In this document: piece after piece, positions 62,976 to 64,000 of the stretch
How positions within the stretch are numbered: position 1 is the stretch's first letter
How the letters are laid out: the number at the start of each line of letters is the position of its first letter
DNA from: a virus
DNA: 64,000 nucleotides
Virus record (IMG/VR): IMGVR_UViG_3300020430_000008
Span: 64,001 to 128,000 of that record
Strand: one strand, 5' to 3'
Notes under the pieces: model-generated
What the model saw: the letters and a program-made list of their open reading frames with translations, nothing else
What the model was told of the DNA's origin: nothing
Databases searched by the model: none
Translations under genes and position numbers: made by a program

Positions 62976-64000
62976 TTACTTCTTGCTCCATTCGGTTAAT
63001 CTTTCAAACAACTTCTCTTGACGACGTTGGAAAGTCTCTTGAAGTGATTCGTTCTTCTCTTCATCTTCCTCATTGTCATCTTCGCCGTCCTTCTTGTCAG
63101 CCCAATCAGGTACACCGTCGCCGTCCTTGTCTGGCTTCTTGTTGTCATCACGCTTCATGCTACCGTGACCTTCCGCAAGGGATGCGTTAGTGACTTGAAT
63201 ATCTTCTGCAGCAACGTTCTCAAGAACTGTACCATCAGCAAGCTTCATGTCATAGTGCGTGACGCGCCCCAACTCTTCATTATAGTTGTGGCTAATAGCT
63301 TCTGCCATCGCGATTTGACCATTGTGTTGCACTCCACCGTGATGGACGCAATAATGGTTAGGGGCGAAAATCTGCTCACCGTTCTCGTTGACGACTTCGC
63401 CGTGCTCGACTTCTTCGTCTTCGGTGGTGACCTCTGCATCGGCGTCGTCTTCGCCCTCAGTGGTGACCTCACCTTCTTCCTCTTCTGCTTCGGTTGTTAC
63501 CTCAGCATCTTCTTCTTCTGCCTCGTTAGTGAGCGCAGCTTCCTTTAAGACCTCAGCGACAATGCGCTTGATCAGTTGTTCATGTTCAGACATGGTAGTA
63601 TACTCCTTGTTACTATAAGTAGTTTCGTTCAAATTGTTACGCCTTTTTGATTTGTACTGGTCTTCCCAGTCTCTCATAACCATGGATGCGTAAGCTTCTT
63701 GTTCCATTTTTCTTAAGTGTCCGTCCGTCTGTGCGTAGCCATCTCCCATCTCTCCTAACTTCTCGGGTGTCAAATCACCTCGACAGTTTTGAGTGTGGTG
63801 TACAAGCTCATGCGCGAGCGAACGTAATAAATCTTTTGGGTGTCTTCCGTCAACATACAAAGTTACAGTGTAGTTGCCCGGTTGATAATGTGCTGTCTTT
63901 CCCAGCGGGTCTTGAGCGTTTGCAGGATCCGACTCATATACAATTGTAGCAGGCTTATCAAAGCCAAGATACTTTTGCGCATAAGGATAGAACCGCTTGA
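62976..64000 (-). CDS. Zincin (HELVH) domain protein with acidic repeats; start lies beyond the window
   Basis: Frame open from 63860 to the edge (KRFYPYAQKYLGF...); LRSLAHELVH...E.EAY; EVTTE repeats; DKDGDGVPDWAD motif. Confidence 0.75.
   Translation of the reverse strand, partial: KRFYPYAQKYLGFDKPATIVYESDPANAQDPLGKTAHYQPGNYTVTLYVDGRHPKDLLRSLAHELVHHTQNCRGDLTPEKLGEMGDGYAQTDGHLRKMEQEAYASMVMRDWEDQYKSKRRNNLNETTYSNKEYTTMSEHEQLIKRIVAEVLKEAALTNEAEEEDAEVTTEAEEEEGEVTTEGEDDADAEVTTEDEEVEHGEVVNENGEQIFAPNHYCVHHGGVQHNGQIAMAEAISHNYNEELGRVTHYDMKLADGTVLENVAAEDIQVTNASLAEGHGSMKRDDNKKPDKDGDGVPDWADKKDGEDDNEEDEEKNESLQETFQRRQEKLFERLTEWSKK

Noticed and set aside
1-64000. Genome-wide stop-codon reassignment
   Set aside because: TAA, TAG and TGA all end genes cleanly, often as ATGA overlaps; only one internal TGA was found.

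Overview
A 64 kb, gene-dense segment of a large (jumbo-type) contractile-tailed dsDNA bacteriophage, almost entirely encoded on the minus strand in genetic code 11. Order by coordinate: (1) 1-21.8 kb baseplate/tail-tip module (gp7-like wedge with LamG-like domain, gp6-like wedge, gp25-like, a 2861-aa acidic protein, a gp5/gpV-like HxH spike, a 1422-aa Amidase_2 + M23 tail lysin); (2) a gp55-like late sigma factor; (3) an ~18 kb glycan cluster (gmd, perosamine-type aminotransferase, HAD/nucleotidyltransferase, many glycosyltransferases, a methyltransferase, sulfotransferases); (4) Cas4-like nuclease, PIN-PhoH, redoxins, LpxH-like hydrolase, NUDIX, protein kinase, zincins, FKBP, Fis-like HTH; (5) tRNA-Arg(TCT), an atypical 97-nt long-variable-arm tRNA with GTT anticodon, a complete tmRNA and an unassigned ~190-nt structured RNA; (6) acidic head/internal-type proteins. 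Best leads: a shared N-terminal MKxxxENWRxxLxE tag on unrelated proteins (possible capsid-targeting system), a small gene with an in-frame UGA followed by a SECIS-like hairpin, [ST]GS enrichment in baseplate proteins next to a sulfated-glycan pathway, the chimeric tRNA, and a strand-oriented ACTANTTA motif (possible late promoter). All family assignments come from motifs read by eye; no database searches were run.
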